Source of the DNA: a bacterium
GTDB taxonomy: Bacteria; Patescibacteriota; Minisyncoccia; Phycocordibacterales; UBA6899
Assembly (NCBI GenBank): GCA_043743715.1
Contig: JAYTWK010000039.1
Coordinates: 1 to 61,428, forward strand
Length of the DNA: 61,428 nt
Direction: 5' to 3'
Shown: piece by piece, positions 38,683-47,653 of the stretch
Layout of the letters: the number at the start of each line of letters is the position of its first letter
Numbering within the stretch: the first letter of the stretch is position 1
Program-made: the position numbers and the translations under genes
The notes under the pieces: model-generated
Told to the model about the DNA's origin: nothing
The model's input: only the letters and a program-made list of their open reading frames with translations
The model's database searches: none

Positions 38683-39182
38683 TCGCTGATACTTCTCTCA
38701 AGAGTCACGAACCGTAGCGGGAAGAGGTTCTTCTCATCCGGCTGCTGAGAACTTTCTTCCTTTGTTGTCCAACTGCCGCTTTGGTAATCGGGGAAAAAGG
38801 TATCACAATCGAATTCATTATCTATGAGTGTCAGATAGAGTCTGTCTGCCGCAGAAAGTGTTTCGGCAAAGATCTGTGCACCGCCGATGATAAACACCTC
38901 AGTATTTTTATTTCCACCCACTGCTTCGAGTGCTTCGTTGAGTGAAGAAAATATCTCAACTCCATCCGCCTTGAAACCTGATCGTGAAAGTACGATATTA
39001 CGGCGATTCGGGAGTGGTTTGCCGAGCGACTGATAAGTATTGCGCCCCATAATGATCGCATGGTCAGTGGTGAGTGTGCGGAAACGCTTCATATCAGAGG
39101 GAACCTTGCCCATCCAGGGAAGGCCGTTCTTCGCGCCAATCCCACGTTTACTATCCATCGCTGCAATAAGAGAAATGATCAT
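38679..39182 (-). CDS. folA: dihydrofolate reductase
   Basis: IAAMDSKRGIG..GLPW...D..RF...T....IMGRNTY motif set. Confidence 0.9.
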   Translation of the reverse strand: MIISLIAAMDSKRGIGAKNGLPWMGKVPSDMKRFRTLTTDHAIIMGRNTYQSLGKPLPNRRNIVLSRSGFKADGVEIFSSLNEALEAVGGNKNTEVFIIGGAQIFAETLSAADRLYLTLIDNEFDCDTFFPDYQSGSWTTKEESSQQPDEKNLFPLRFVTLERSISD

Positions 39183-39188
39183 AGTTTT

Positions 39189-40106
39189 TTAGACCGCGAT
39201 CGGTCCCTTAATACCGGGATGAGGGTCATAGCCGACGAGGGCGAAGTCCTCAAATTTATAATCAAAAATAGACTCAACATTCCTGTTAATGCGGAGTTCT
39301 GGCAAGGGTTTCGGGTCGCGCGCGAGCTGGGTATCGACCTGCTCGAGATGATTGAGATAGATATGGCAGTCGCCACCGGTCCAGATGAATTCGCCGGGGC
39401 TAAGTCCCGTGACCTTCGCTATCATCATGGTGAGGAGCGCATATGAGGCGATGTTGAAGGGTACACCGAGGAATGAATCACAACTGCGCTGATAGAGCTG
39501 ACAGGAAAGCTTGCCCTCTGAGACTGAGAATTGGAACAGACAGTGGCACGGCGGAAGGCCCGCCTTCGCCATCTCATCGATGTCCGCGACGTTCCATGCA
39601 GAGACAATGAGTCTGCGCGAGTCCGGTGACTTCTTTATCATCTCGATGACTTTGGAGATCTGATCGACATGACCCCCGCTTGGAGTAGGCCAATTGCGCC
39701 ACTGGTAGCCATAGATGGGGCCGAGGTTGCCGTAATCTTTTGCAAACGCATCATCGGTTTTAATATGTTCGATAAACGCAATCATGCCGGTCTTCCACTC
39801 TTCCGTATCGCTTTTTGGTACAGGCAAATTATTGCGCTGTAAGTATGACTTGTAGGGCCACTCATCCCAGATGTGCACATTATTCTTTGCAAGGTAGGCA
39901 AGATTTGAATCGCCGCTTAAGAACCACAGCAGTTCGTGCAGAATGAGATGAAACGGTGTTTTCTTTGTGGTGACAAGCGGAAATCCCTCTGAAAGATCAA
40001 AGCGCATCTGATAGCCAAATACGCCGATTGTGCCGGTGCCGGTGCGATCAGTCTTCTTGGTGCCATTATCTTTGATGTGCCTGAGATAGTCGAGGTATTG
40101 TTTCAT
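39189..40106 (-). CDS. thyA: thymidylate synthase
   Basis: DRTGTGT, LPPCH active site, and [13 protein letters not shown]. Confidence 0.95.
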   Translation of the reverse strand: MKQYLDYLRHIKDNGTKKTDRTGTGTIGVFGYQMRFDLSEGFPLVTTKKTPFHLILHELLWFLSGDSNLAYLAKNNVHIWDEWPYKSYLQRNNLPVPKSDTEEWKTGMIAFIEHIKTDDAFAKDYGNLGPIYGYQWRNWPTPSGGHVDQISKVIEMIKKSPDSRRLIVSAWNVADIDEMAKAGLPPCHCLFQFSVSEGKLSCQLYQRSCDSFLGVPFNIASYALLTMMIAKVTGLSPGEFIWTGGDCHIYLNHLEQVDTQLARDPKPLPELRINRNVESIFDYKFEDFALVGYDPHPGIKGPIAV

Positions 40107-40192
40107 GCAAGTCTCCTTGATTTATGGAAGATCATTCCAATATAACTATATCACGGACAAATTCTAAAAAGACTACGAAAGATCGGGTGGTG

Positions 40193-40201
40193 TGGTATAG
40201 T
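40193..40201 (+). promoter_or_regulatory. extended -10 element TGgTATAGT 7 nt upstream of the tgt ATG (leaderless candidate)
   Basis: TATAGT ends at 40201 and the ATG starts at 40209, with no SD between. Confidence 0.45.
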
Positions 40202-40208
40202 CGGAATC

Positions 40209-41492
40209 ATGTCTCAATCAGAAGGTAAATTTAGCTTCACCATCGTAAAGAAAATCCCTGATTCACTCGCGCGTGTGGGGGTTATCCACACTCCACACGG
40301 GGATATTGAGACTCCGGCGTTCATCGTCGTGGGCACGAAAGCGACGGTCAAAGGACTGACCCCGGAGCAAGTACGCGAGCTTGGCGCGCAGGCGGTGCTT
40401 TCTAATACTTACCATCTTTACCTGAAACCGGGGGATGAGCTCGTACGCGATGCAGGAGGGCTCCATAAATTCATGGACTGGGACGGACCGACATTCACTG
40501 ACTCAGGCGGATTTCAGGTATTCTCGCTTGGTGCGGCGTTCGGCATCGGAGTCACCAAGATTGCGACCGATGAGGAGTCGAATATTCCGGAAGTTACCAA
40601 GAAGAGGAGGGAAGGCAAGCAGGACCCGGACGAAGATGAGCGTTCACAACATGAACAGCTCGCGAGAGTAGACGATGATGGTGTGACCTTCAAGTCGCAT
40701 ATCGACGGCAGTTCTCATCGCTTCACTCCTGAAAGATCAATCCAAATACAACACAATATCGGTGCGGACATCATAGTTGCATTCGACGAGTGCACTTCAC
40801 CCCTCGCACAATATGATGAGCAGAAGGTTTCACTCGATAGAACTCATGCATGGGCACAGCGCAGTCTCGCGGAACACAAGCGCCTTGGTGGGCCTCAAGC
40901 GCTTTATGGTGTGATACAGGGAGGCAAGTACAAAGATCTGCGCATTGAAGCAGCGACCACCCTTGGTGCTATGGATTTTGATGGTTATGGGATTGGCGGT
41001 TCGTTCACCAAGGATGACATAGGCACCGCTGTCGCATGGGTCAACGCCATTCTTCCTCCAGAGAAACCTCGGCACCTCCTTGGCATAGGCGAACCGATCG
41101 ACATGTTTCTCGGAGTGGAAAGCGGCTGCGATACCTTCGATTGTGTGGCCGCGACGCGTATTGGTCGCAACGGCTCGGTGTACACAAAAAACGGTCGCAT
41201 CAATCTTAATAATACGAAGTTCAAGACTGACTTCTCTCCAATAGATAGCACTTGTGAATGTTTTGCCTGTACGCATTACACACGCGCTTACATTTCCTAC
41301 CTTTTTTCGGTCGATGAAATGCTTGCGTCGTCGCTCGGCTCAATACACAACCTACACTTTATAGTGAATTTAGTTAAAAAAATCCGACAAGCAATGCTTG
41401 CCGGACGGTTCAATGAATTTAAACGCGATTTTCTCCAGGGGTATTACGGAAAAAAGGATTTTAGCGACCCTTCTTGGTCACATGCTCGATGA
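40209..41492 (+). CDS. tgt: queuine tRNA-ribosyltransferase with a ~40-aa charged insertion
   Basis: TPAF..VGT, TDSGGFQV, and the zinc motif CxCxxC...H (CECFACTHYTRAY). Confidence 0.9.
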   Translation: MSQSEGKFSFTIVKKIPDSLARVGVIHTPHGDIETPAFIVVGTKATVKGLTPEQVRELGAQAVLSNTYHLYLKPGDELVRDAGGLHKFMDWDGPTFTDSGGFQVFSLGAAFGIGVTKIATDEESNIPEVTKKRREGKQDPDEDERSQHEQLARVDDDGVTFKSHIDGSSHRFTPERSIQIQHNIGADIIVAFDECTSPLAQYDEQKVSLDRTHAWAQRSLAEHKRLGGPQALYGVIQGGKYKDLRIEAATTLGAMDFDGYGIGGSFTKDDIGTAVAWVNAILPPEKPRHLLGIGEPIDMFLGVESGCDTFDCVAATRIGRNGSVYTKNGRINLNNTKFKTDFSPIDSTCECFACTHYTRAYISYLFSVDEMLASSLGSIHNLHFIVNLVKKIRQAMLAGRFNEFKRDFLQGYYGKKDFSDPSWSHAR

Positions 41493-41652
41493 GCAGTGCA
41501 AGCGCTCCGCCTTGAAAGAGAAGCGACAGTGCTAGAAGCATACCTTTTGCAACGCCGAAAGTTTCGAATATCTTTACCCCCAGTATGTGTACTTCAAACA
41601 GTGGGGCAGAAATTGCAATTAACACCAAAATCAGAATCCATCTATTGGTCAT
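41461..41652 (-). CDS. small two-helix membrane protein
   Basis: 63 aa and hydrophobic; overlaps the tgt 3' end by 32 nt. Confidence 0.35.
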   Translation of the reverse strand: MTNRWILILVLIAISAPLFEVHILGVKIFETFGVAKGMLLALSLLFQGGALALLIEHVTKKGR

Positions 41653-41727
41653 AGCATTTCCTTCCGTTAAACGAAGTTGAAAATCATTCTATTTCACAAA
41701 CTACACCTTTATGTTATCTTGTCAACT

Positions 41728-43881
41728 ATGGCGAACTTCAAACTGAAATCTGACTGGCCACCCGCGGGCGACCAACCCAAAGCGATAGACGCGCTTGTGG
41801 GCGGCTTTCGCAATGGAATGCGCTATCAAACACTTCTTGGCGTGACTGGTTCAGGCAAGACCTTCACAGCGGCAAATGTGATTCAGAAACTTGATATGCC
41901 TACGCTCGTCATAGCTCACAATAAAACTCTCGCAGCACAGCTTGCTCAGGAATACCGCCAATTTTTTCCCGACAATGCGGTCCACTACTTCGTTTCATAT
42001 TACGACTACTATCAGCCGGAAGCATACCTACCGACCACCGATACCTATATCGAGAAGGATGCACAGATAAACGAAGAGATAGACCGTCTGCGTCACGCAT
42101 CGACCCAGGCGCTACTTTCACGTAAAGACGTGATCATCGTCGCCTCAGTCTCATGCATCTACGGCCTCGGTTCTCCTGAAGAATATCTCAAGGTGAACTT
42201 AAAACTCACGAAAGGGGATAAGCTGACCCGCAATGAGCTGATTCGTAAACTAGTGAATGTGTATTTTGATCGCACCAATGCAGACCTTGCCCCTGGTACT
42301 TTTCGTGCAATCGGCAACACACTCGAAATCATGCCAACCGGGGAAATGGTCGTACACCAACTTACATTTGTCGGTAACGCTATCGAGTCAATTATGAACA
42401 TCGATCCGATTAGCCGTGCAATAGTAAATGAAGTGAATGATATTTTCATTTTTCCTGCTAAGCATTTCATTACATCGGCAGACGAACGAAAACGTGCAAT
42501 AGCAGACATTAAGATTGAGCTGAAAGATCAGCTCAAAAAATTCGACAAAGAAGGAAAGCTCCTCGAAGCGGAGCGATTAAAGCGACGCACCAATTATGAT
42601 CTCACTATGATTGATGAAGTTGGGTACTGTAGTGGCATCGAGAATTACTCGAGGCACTTCTCCGGCAAAGCTCCGGGCGAGCCGCCCGATACACTGCTGT
42701 CGTATTTCCCGCACAATGCTGATGGTAGCCCCGCTTTTCTTACGGTCATCGACGAGTCACATGTATCCATCCCACAGGTGCGCGCGATGTATGCCGGCGA
42801 TCAGTCGCGCAAGAAGATGCTCGTCGAGTATGGTTTTCGTCTCCCGAGTGCGCGAGATAATAGACCACTTACCTTTGATGAGTGGGAGAAGCGCGTCGGT
42901 CAAGTCTTGTTCACCTCCGCAACGCCCGCTCTATTTGAAAAGGAAGTCAGCGAGCAGGTGGTCGAGCAAGTCATTCGCCCGACAGGACTCATCGACCCCG
43001 AGATGGTAGTTCGAGGAGTTGTCGAAAGACGAGCAGGCAGTGGAGATGTTGATGCGAGCATGGATGAGGGTAATGAGACAAAGCATGTGTCGCGCGCGAA
43101 GCGCAGTAGAGGGGAAGTCTTCGACCCCGTCAAAAAACAAGCAGCCTATCCGGGTCAGATTAAGGACTTCATTGCTGAGGCCAGTATCGTAGTAAAACGT
43201 GATGAGCGTATTCTTGTAACCACGCTCACCAAGAAAATGGCCGAAGATCTTTCAGTATTTTTAAAGGAAAAAGGTATTAAGAGTGAGTACCTGCACAGCG
43301 ATGTGAAGACCATGGATCGCATCAAAATTCTTACAGAGTTTCGCAAGGGGAAGTTTGACTGTCTTGTCGGTGTGAACCTCTTGCGCGAAGGACTTGATTT
43401 GCCGGAAGTGTCTCTCGTGGCTATTCTCGATGCCGACAAGGAAGGATTCTTGCGATCAGAAACCTCGCTCATTCAGACCATCGGCCGGGCCGCACGGCAT
43501 ATTTCAGGTCGAGTCCTATTATATGCCGATGTTATGACAGGGTCGCTCACTGCGGCGATAGGAGAGACAAATCGTCGTCGCACTATTCAGCTTGCGCACA
43601 ATGCCGCAAACGGCATCACCCCGGTTTCTATTAAGAAGAAGATTCACGACATCACCGAGGAACTCCAGAGCGTGCACGACAAGACACTCAAGGAACTTCT
43701 GATGCTCGATAAGAAGCAGTTTGATAAAGATCCCGAGAAACTCATCAAGCAAAAAGAGAAGCAGATGAAGGAAGCCGTGAAAGAGCTCGATTTCGAGACC
43801 GCCGCGCTTCTGCGCGACGAGATTCAAGTACTCTCAGGTGCTCCGCTTCGCCCTAAGGCTGTCAGGCGCTCAAGAAAATAA
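41728..43881 (+). CDS. uvrB: excinuclease ABC subunit B with a ~43-aa insertion
   Basis: ATG 41728. GDQPKAI, GVTGSGKT, the beta-hairpin region YYDYYQPEAY, helicase motifs and the C-terminal UVR domain. Confidence 0.95.
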   Translation: MANFKLKSDWPPAGDQPKAIDALVGGFRNGMRYQTLLGVTGSGKTFTAANVIQKLDMPTLVIAHNKTLAAQLAQEYRQFFPDNAVHYFVSYYDYYQPEAYLPTTDTYIEKDAQINEEIDRLRHASTQALLSRKDVIIVASVSCIYGLGSPEEYLKVNLKLTKGDKLTRNELIRKLVNVYFDRTNADLAPGTFRAIGNTLEIMPTGEMVVHQLTFVGNAIESIMNIDPISRAIVNEVNDIFIFPAKHFITSADERKRAIADIKIELKDQLKKFDKEGKLLEAERLKRRTNYDLTMIDEVGYCSGIENYSRHFSGKAPGEPPDTLLSYFPHNADGSPAFLTVIDESHVSIPQVRAMYAGDQSRKKMLVEYGFRLPSARDNRPLTFDEWEKRVGQVLFTSATPALFEKEVSEQVVEQVIRPTGLIDPEMVVRGVVERRAGSGDVDASMDEGNETKHVSRAKRSRGEVFDPVKKQAAYPGQIKDFIAEASIVVKRDERILVTTLTKKMAEDLSVFLKEKGIKSEYLHSDVKTMDRIKILTEFRKGKFDCLVGVNLLREGLDLPEVSLVAILDADKEGFLRSETSLIQTIGRAARHISGRVLLYADVMTGSLTAAIGETNRRRTIQLAHNAANGITPVSIKKKIHDITEELQSVHDKTLKELLMLDKKQFDKDPEKLIKQKEKQMKEAVKELDFETAALLRDEIQVLSGAPLRPKAVRRSRK

Positions 43882-44044
43882 TTCGCTGACCTTCTAAAAA
43901 CGCGAACTTCTTCGTTACGGAGCCTCTATGGTTCGGTCAACATATATGAATATGTCTTCCTCACCATTTTCTCCGTGTCTCGAATTTCATCGTCTTTGAG
44001 AAGGTCGGTACTTGTTGCCAATTCTTAGAGTGATGTATGTTTCA

Positions 44045-44053
44045 TGCTATAAT
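44045..44053 (+). promoter_or_regulatory. extended -10 element TGcTATAAT 9 nt upstream of the FIST gene ATG
   Basis: Exact TGnTATAAT, ATG at 44063, no SD. Confidence 0.45.
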
Positions 44054-44062
44054 TAGAGTCAT

Positions 44063-45238
44063 ATGATCGTCGCGAGTGTTGGAGTCGGCTCAGATGCTGA
44101 TGCGCATAAAGCGGGAGCAGAAGCCTCTACTCAGGCGCTTTCAGGTCTTCCCGATAAGAAGGCGAGTATTCTTTTTGTCTTTGGCTCGGTGACGTACGAC
44201 CAGGACAAGCTTATTGAAGGAGTTACCGCATCCGCTCCCGGTGTGTTTATTTTTGGCTGTTCCACTGCGGGTGAAATCTCAAGCGAAGGCTTCTCTTCAG
44301 AAAAAAGCGTGGTGGTGCTCGCGGTGTATTCTGATACCGTCAAATTCTGGGGTGCGCTCGGGAATCATCTCATCTGGAATTCAAAGCTGGCAGGGGAAGA
44401 ACTCGCGAACAAACTCGAATACGATTCGCACGGTTATGTGACCTCGGCACTCCTTTTCCTCGATATTATCGTCGGGAACAGCGACGCTGCACTCCGGGGT
44501 CTGCTCGGAAGACTGGGAAGTAATTTTCCTATTTTTGGAGGGGCTGCAAGCGATGACATGCTGTTCTATGAGACATTTCAATACCTTGAGAATAAAGTGT
44601 ACACCGGGTCTGTTGTCGGCCTCGGCATCTCGGGAGATTACACCGCAGCGGGAGTCGCGATGCACGGATTCCTGCCAATCGGCATAGAACGCATTGTGAC
44701 CCGCTCTGAGGGCACTACACTCTACGAACTCGACAGTAAACCTGCCGCTTCCATCTATGAAGAATATTTCGGAGAAGAACATGTTTCTGAGTTGCACGAA
44801 GGACTGCTTCCGACTCTGGCGGTCTCCTACCCCTTAGGCGTTTTTGCTACCGATTCAAACGAAGTCGTGCTTCGGCACCCGGTATTCGTCGACCAGAAAG
44901 GCGCTATGACCTTCACCGCTCCTATTCCGCAAGGCGCAGAGGTACGGCTCATGATCTCTGATATCGAGCGCGGGCTTGAGGTAGCTGAACTTGCTGCGCG
45001 CGGTGCACTTCTGAAGCTTGGAGGAAAGAAACCCAAAGCTGCGATCATCGTGAACTCCGTAGCGCGCAAAAAGATGCTCGGAATCAGAGCTGATGAAGAA
45101 ATAGAAGTCATACAGCGCGTCATTGGTCGAGATGTTCCTATGGTTGGATTCTATAGTTATGCACAAATAGGAGGGAAGATAGGCGAAGAAACCCCTTTCC
45201 ACAACGGCTCATTACTCGTTTGGCTGCTTGCTGAATAA
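44063..45238 (+). CDS. FIST-domain signal-sensing protein
   Basis: FGCSTAGEI and the C-terminal VGFYSYAQIG motif of FIST_N/FIST_C. Confidence 0.75.
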   Translation: MIVASVGVGSDADAHKAGAEASTQALSGLPDKKASILFVFGSVTYDQDKLIEGVTASAPGVFIFGCSTAGEISSEGFSSEKSVVVLAVYSDTVKFWGALGNHLIWNSKLAGEELANKLEYDSHGYVTSALLFLDIIVGNSDAALRGLLGRLGSNFPIFGGAASDDMLFYETFQYLENKVYTGSVVGLGISGDYTAAGVAMHGFLPIGIERIVTRSEGTTLYELDSKPAASIYEEYFGEEHVSELHEGLLPTLAVSYPLGVFATDSNEVVLRHPVFVDQKGAMTFTAPIPQGAEVRLMISDIERGLEVAELAARGALLKLGGKKPKAAIIVNSVARKKMLGIRADEEIEVIQRVIGRDVPMVGFYSYAQIGGKIGEETPFHNGSLLVWLLAE

Positions 45239-45265
45239 GATTTTCTCGCGTAACACGAGCACACC

Positions 45266-46708
45266 ATGATCACGCTATTTCAGAACGAGCATCATTCAAA
45301 CACGAGACTACAGTCAACGCGCTGGATTATCGACGCGCGCTGGTACTATGCGCTCTTGGCGTTTCTTCTTTCTGTTATTACCAATGGTGACGACCCGCGG
45401 TCTCTCGGCATCATCGCCTGCTTAGGAGCGGTCGCAGTTGTCATCGCAAGTAACGTATTCTTTTTCCTCTACCTCAGAAAGACCCAGCTTACTATCACTG
45501 ATGAACAGCTCGATGTACTTAATATCAGCCAGATATCTATCGACCTGTGCTTCTTTTTTGTCATCATGCTGTTCACCGGGGGTGGCATCGAAAGCATCGC
45601 TCATTCATTTTTCTTTGTCCCCATCATGGTGTCGATGATACTCTTCGGTTTCCGCGGCGCTATCTCGGTTGCAGTGGTCTCGGGCGTACTTGTGTTCACC
45701 ACCGTGCTTTCACATACCGGAGTCATCCACATGCTGCTCACCAAGGGCACGGATTTTACACTCTCACGCGAAGCGACCCTCGAGCTCACCAAGGTTGGAA
45801 TTCTATTCCTAGTCTACTTACTCACAGGATTCTTTGGAGGATACATTTCGAGGCTTCTTCGTGCTCGTGATATTCTGCTGTTGGAGCAGATTACCAAGGA
45901 AGAAGGTCATATTAAACGTCTTGAAGAGTTAACGCTTGAATTTGATAAAAGCGCAAAGCTGCTGGTGCGCCGTGATCTTGAACTTTCGGGAGCAAATGAG
46001 AAGCTCACTCAGCTCGACAAGATGAAATCTGAAATCATCTCGGTGGTTGCACACCAATTGCGAACGCCGCTCTCGGCTATTAAGTGGACACTCAAGATAC
46101 TTTTAGATGGTGACGCGGGCATCGTTTCTCCTGAACAGAAAGACCTTTTGTCCAAAGGGTTCGAGTCCAACGAGCGTATGATTGCCCTCATCAATGACAT
46201 GCTCGAAGTCGATAGACTTGAGTCAGGGAAGATTAAATATAGTTTCGTACCTGTGCAGTTCGAGGAGCTGGTACAAGATATGATCAGGAGTCTACTTCCG
46301 CTCGCAACAGCAAAAAATATACGCATCGAGTTCTCGTCCCCTGTCGAACTCACCCCAAAAATAAAGATAGATCCTGACAAGATGCGCGATCTGTTACAGA
46401 ATCTCATTGACAATGCCATCAAGTACACCACGAACGACAGTTCGGTCGCTGTCACGGTATTCATGGACAACAATGAGCTGCACCTCACTGTCAAGGATAC
46501 GGGTATCGGTATTCCGGAAGACGAAAAAGACAAGATCTTCTCGCGCTTTTTCCGGGCGCAGAATGCGGTGCATACCGAGACCGACGGATCGGGGCTTGGC
46601 CTTTTCATTGCGCAGAGCGTTGTGAAGCGTCACGGCGGCAAGATATGGTTCGAGAGTGTACTCAACCAGGGGACCACTTTTCATGTACTGTTGCCCTTCA
46701 CCTCGTAG
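45266..46708 (+). CDS. membrane sensor histidine kinase
   Basis: Multi-TM N-terminus, H-box VVAHQLRTPLSAI, N-box, and G-boxes DTGIGI / GSGLGL. Confidence 0.9.
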   Translation: MITLFQNEHHSNTRLQSTRWIIDARWYYALLAFLLSVITNGDDPRSLGIIACLGAVAVVIASNVFFFLYLRKTQLTITDEQLDVLNISQISIDLCFFFVIMLFTGGGIESIAHSFFFVPIMVSMILFGFRGAISVAVVSGVLVFTTVLSHTGVIHMLLTKGTDFTLSREATLELTKVGILFLVYLLTGFFGGYISRLLRARDILLLEQITKEEGHIKRLEELTLEFDKSAKLLVRRDLELSGANEKLTQLDKMKSEIISVVAHQLRTPLSAIKWTLKILLDGDAGIVSPEQKDLLSKGFESNERMIALINDMLEVDRLESGKIKYSFVPVQFEELVQDMIRSLLPLATAKNIRIEFSSPVELTPKIKIDPDKMRDLLQNLIDNAIKYTTNDSSVAVTVFMDNNELHLTVKDTGIGIPEDEKDKIFSRFFRAQNAVHTETDGSGLGLFIAQSVVKRHGGKIWFESVLNQGTTFHVLLPFTS

Positions 46709-46743
46709 TCTCTATTTGTGTTATACTATCCCATAACAAAACC

Positions 46744-47565
46744 ATGCCTCCAACCACCCCTCGCAACATACTGGCACTCATCGTTGATCCCGCCATCATC
46801 AATAATCTCGGTCAGATTACGAATGTACTCGGCCTTCAGATGATTGTCACTTCTGATATACAACAGTTTACGATCAGGCTACAGGAAGTGCATCCCGAAC
46901 TCGTGATCATCGATGTTGGAGTCGCTGAATTTGACGGATTCCAAATCCTCGAGTCGATACGTGCGAGTGGTACAGACTGGATACGCAGTATCCCTGTGAT
47001 GATAGCTTCGAACACCGGTGACCTTGTCGAGATTAGTCGCGCACTACACCTTGGTATCAAGGATTATTTCGTGAAGTCCTCATTCGACGCGCAGCAAGTG
47101 CTTGAGAAGATTAGGAGGCATATGTCAGCCGGGGAAGGAGTAGCCGGAGCTACGCTCACATCGGGAGCACCCGCAATTAAGGTGCTCATGGTAGAGGATG
47201 ATAAGTTCCTCCGCGATCTGGCGGCACAGAAGCTCACCAAAGAGAAACTTGACGTCACGACCGCCGTAGACGGCGAACAGGGTATAGCACTTGCGGAAAA
47301 AATCATACCGAATGTCATATTGCTCGATATATTGCTTCCGGGCATCGATGGATATGAAGTACTAAGGCGAATTCGTGCGAACCCCTTGCTCGATCACACC
47401 CACGTCGCAATGCTCTCAAATTTTGGCCAACGCGAAGATATTCAGAAGGCACTCTCGGGTGGCGCAGATAATTTTCTTGTCAAAGCGAACTACACACTCG
47501 ATGAAGTAGTCGATGAGGTCAAGAAGATCATCGAGAAACCACGCGTCGTCCCGTCGCGCGCCTAG
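46744..47565 (+). CDS. response regulator with two tandem receiver domains and no output domain
   Basis: ATG 46744. The second REC has canonical EDD...D(ILLPGIDG)...K; the first REC is divergent. Confidence 0.8.
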   Translation: MPPTTPRNILALIVDPAIINNLGQITNVLGLQMIVTSDIQQFTIRLQEVHPELVIIDVGVAEFDGFQILESIRASGTDWIRSIPVMIASNTGDLVEISRALHLGIKDYFVKSSFDAQQVLEKIRRHMSAGEGVAGATLTSGAPAIKVLMVEDDKFLRDLAAQKLTKEKLDVTTAVDGEQGIALAEKIIPNVILLDILLPGIDGYEVLRRIRANPLLDHTHVAMLSNFGQREDIQKALSGGADNFLVKANYTLDEVVDEVKKIIEKPRVVPSRA

Positions 47566-47653
47566 CGCTCTCTACGGTACTATCGGGTGCCTATTTTGAA
47601 GATGTCAAAACATGTGCTAGTATAGCGCTACTTTTGGCATTCTATTCTAAATC

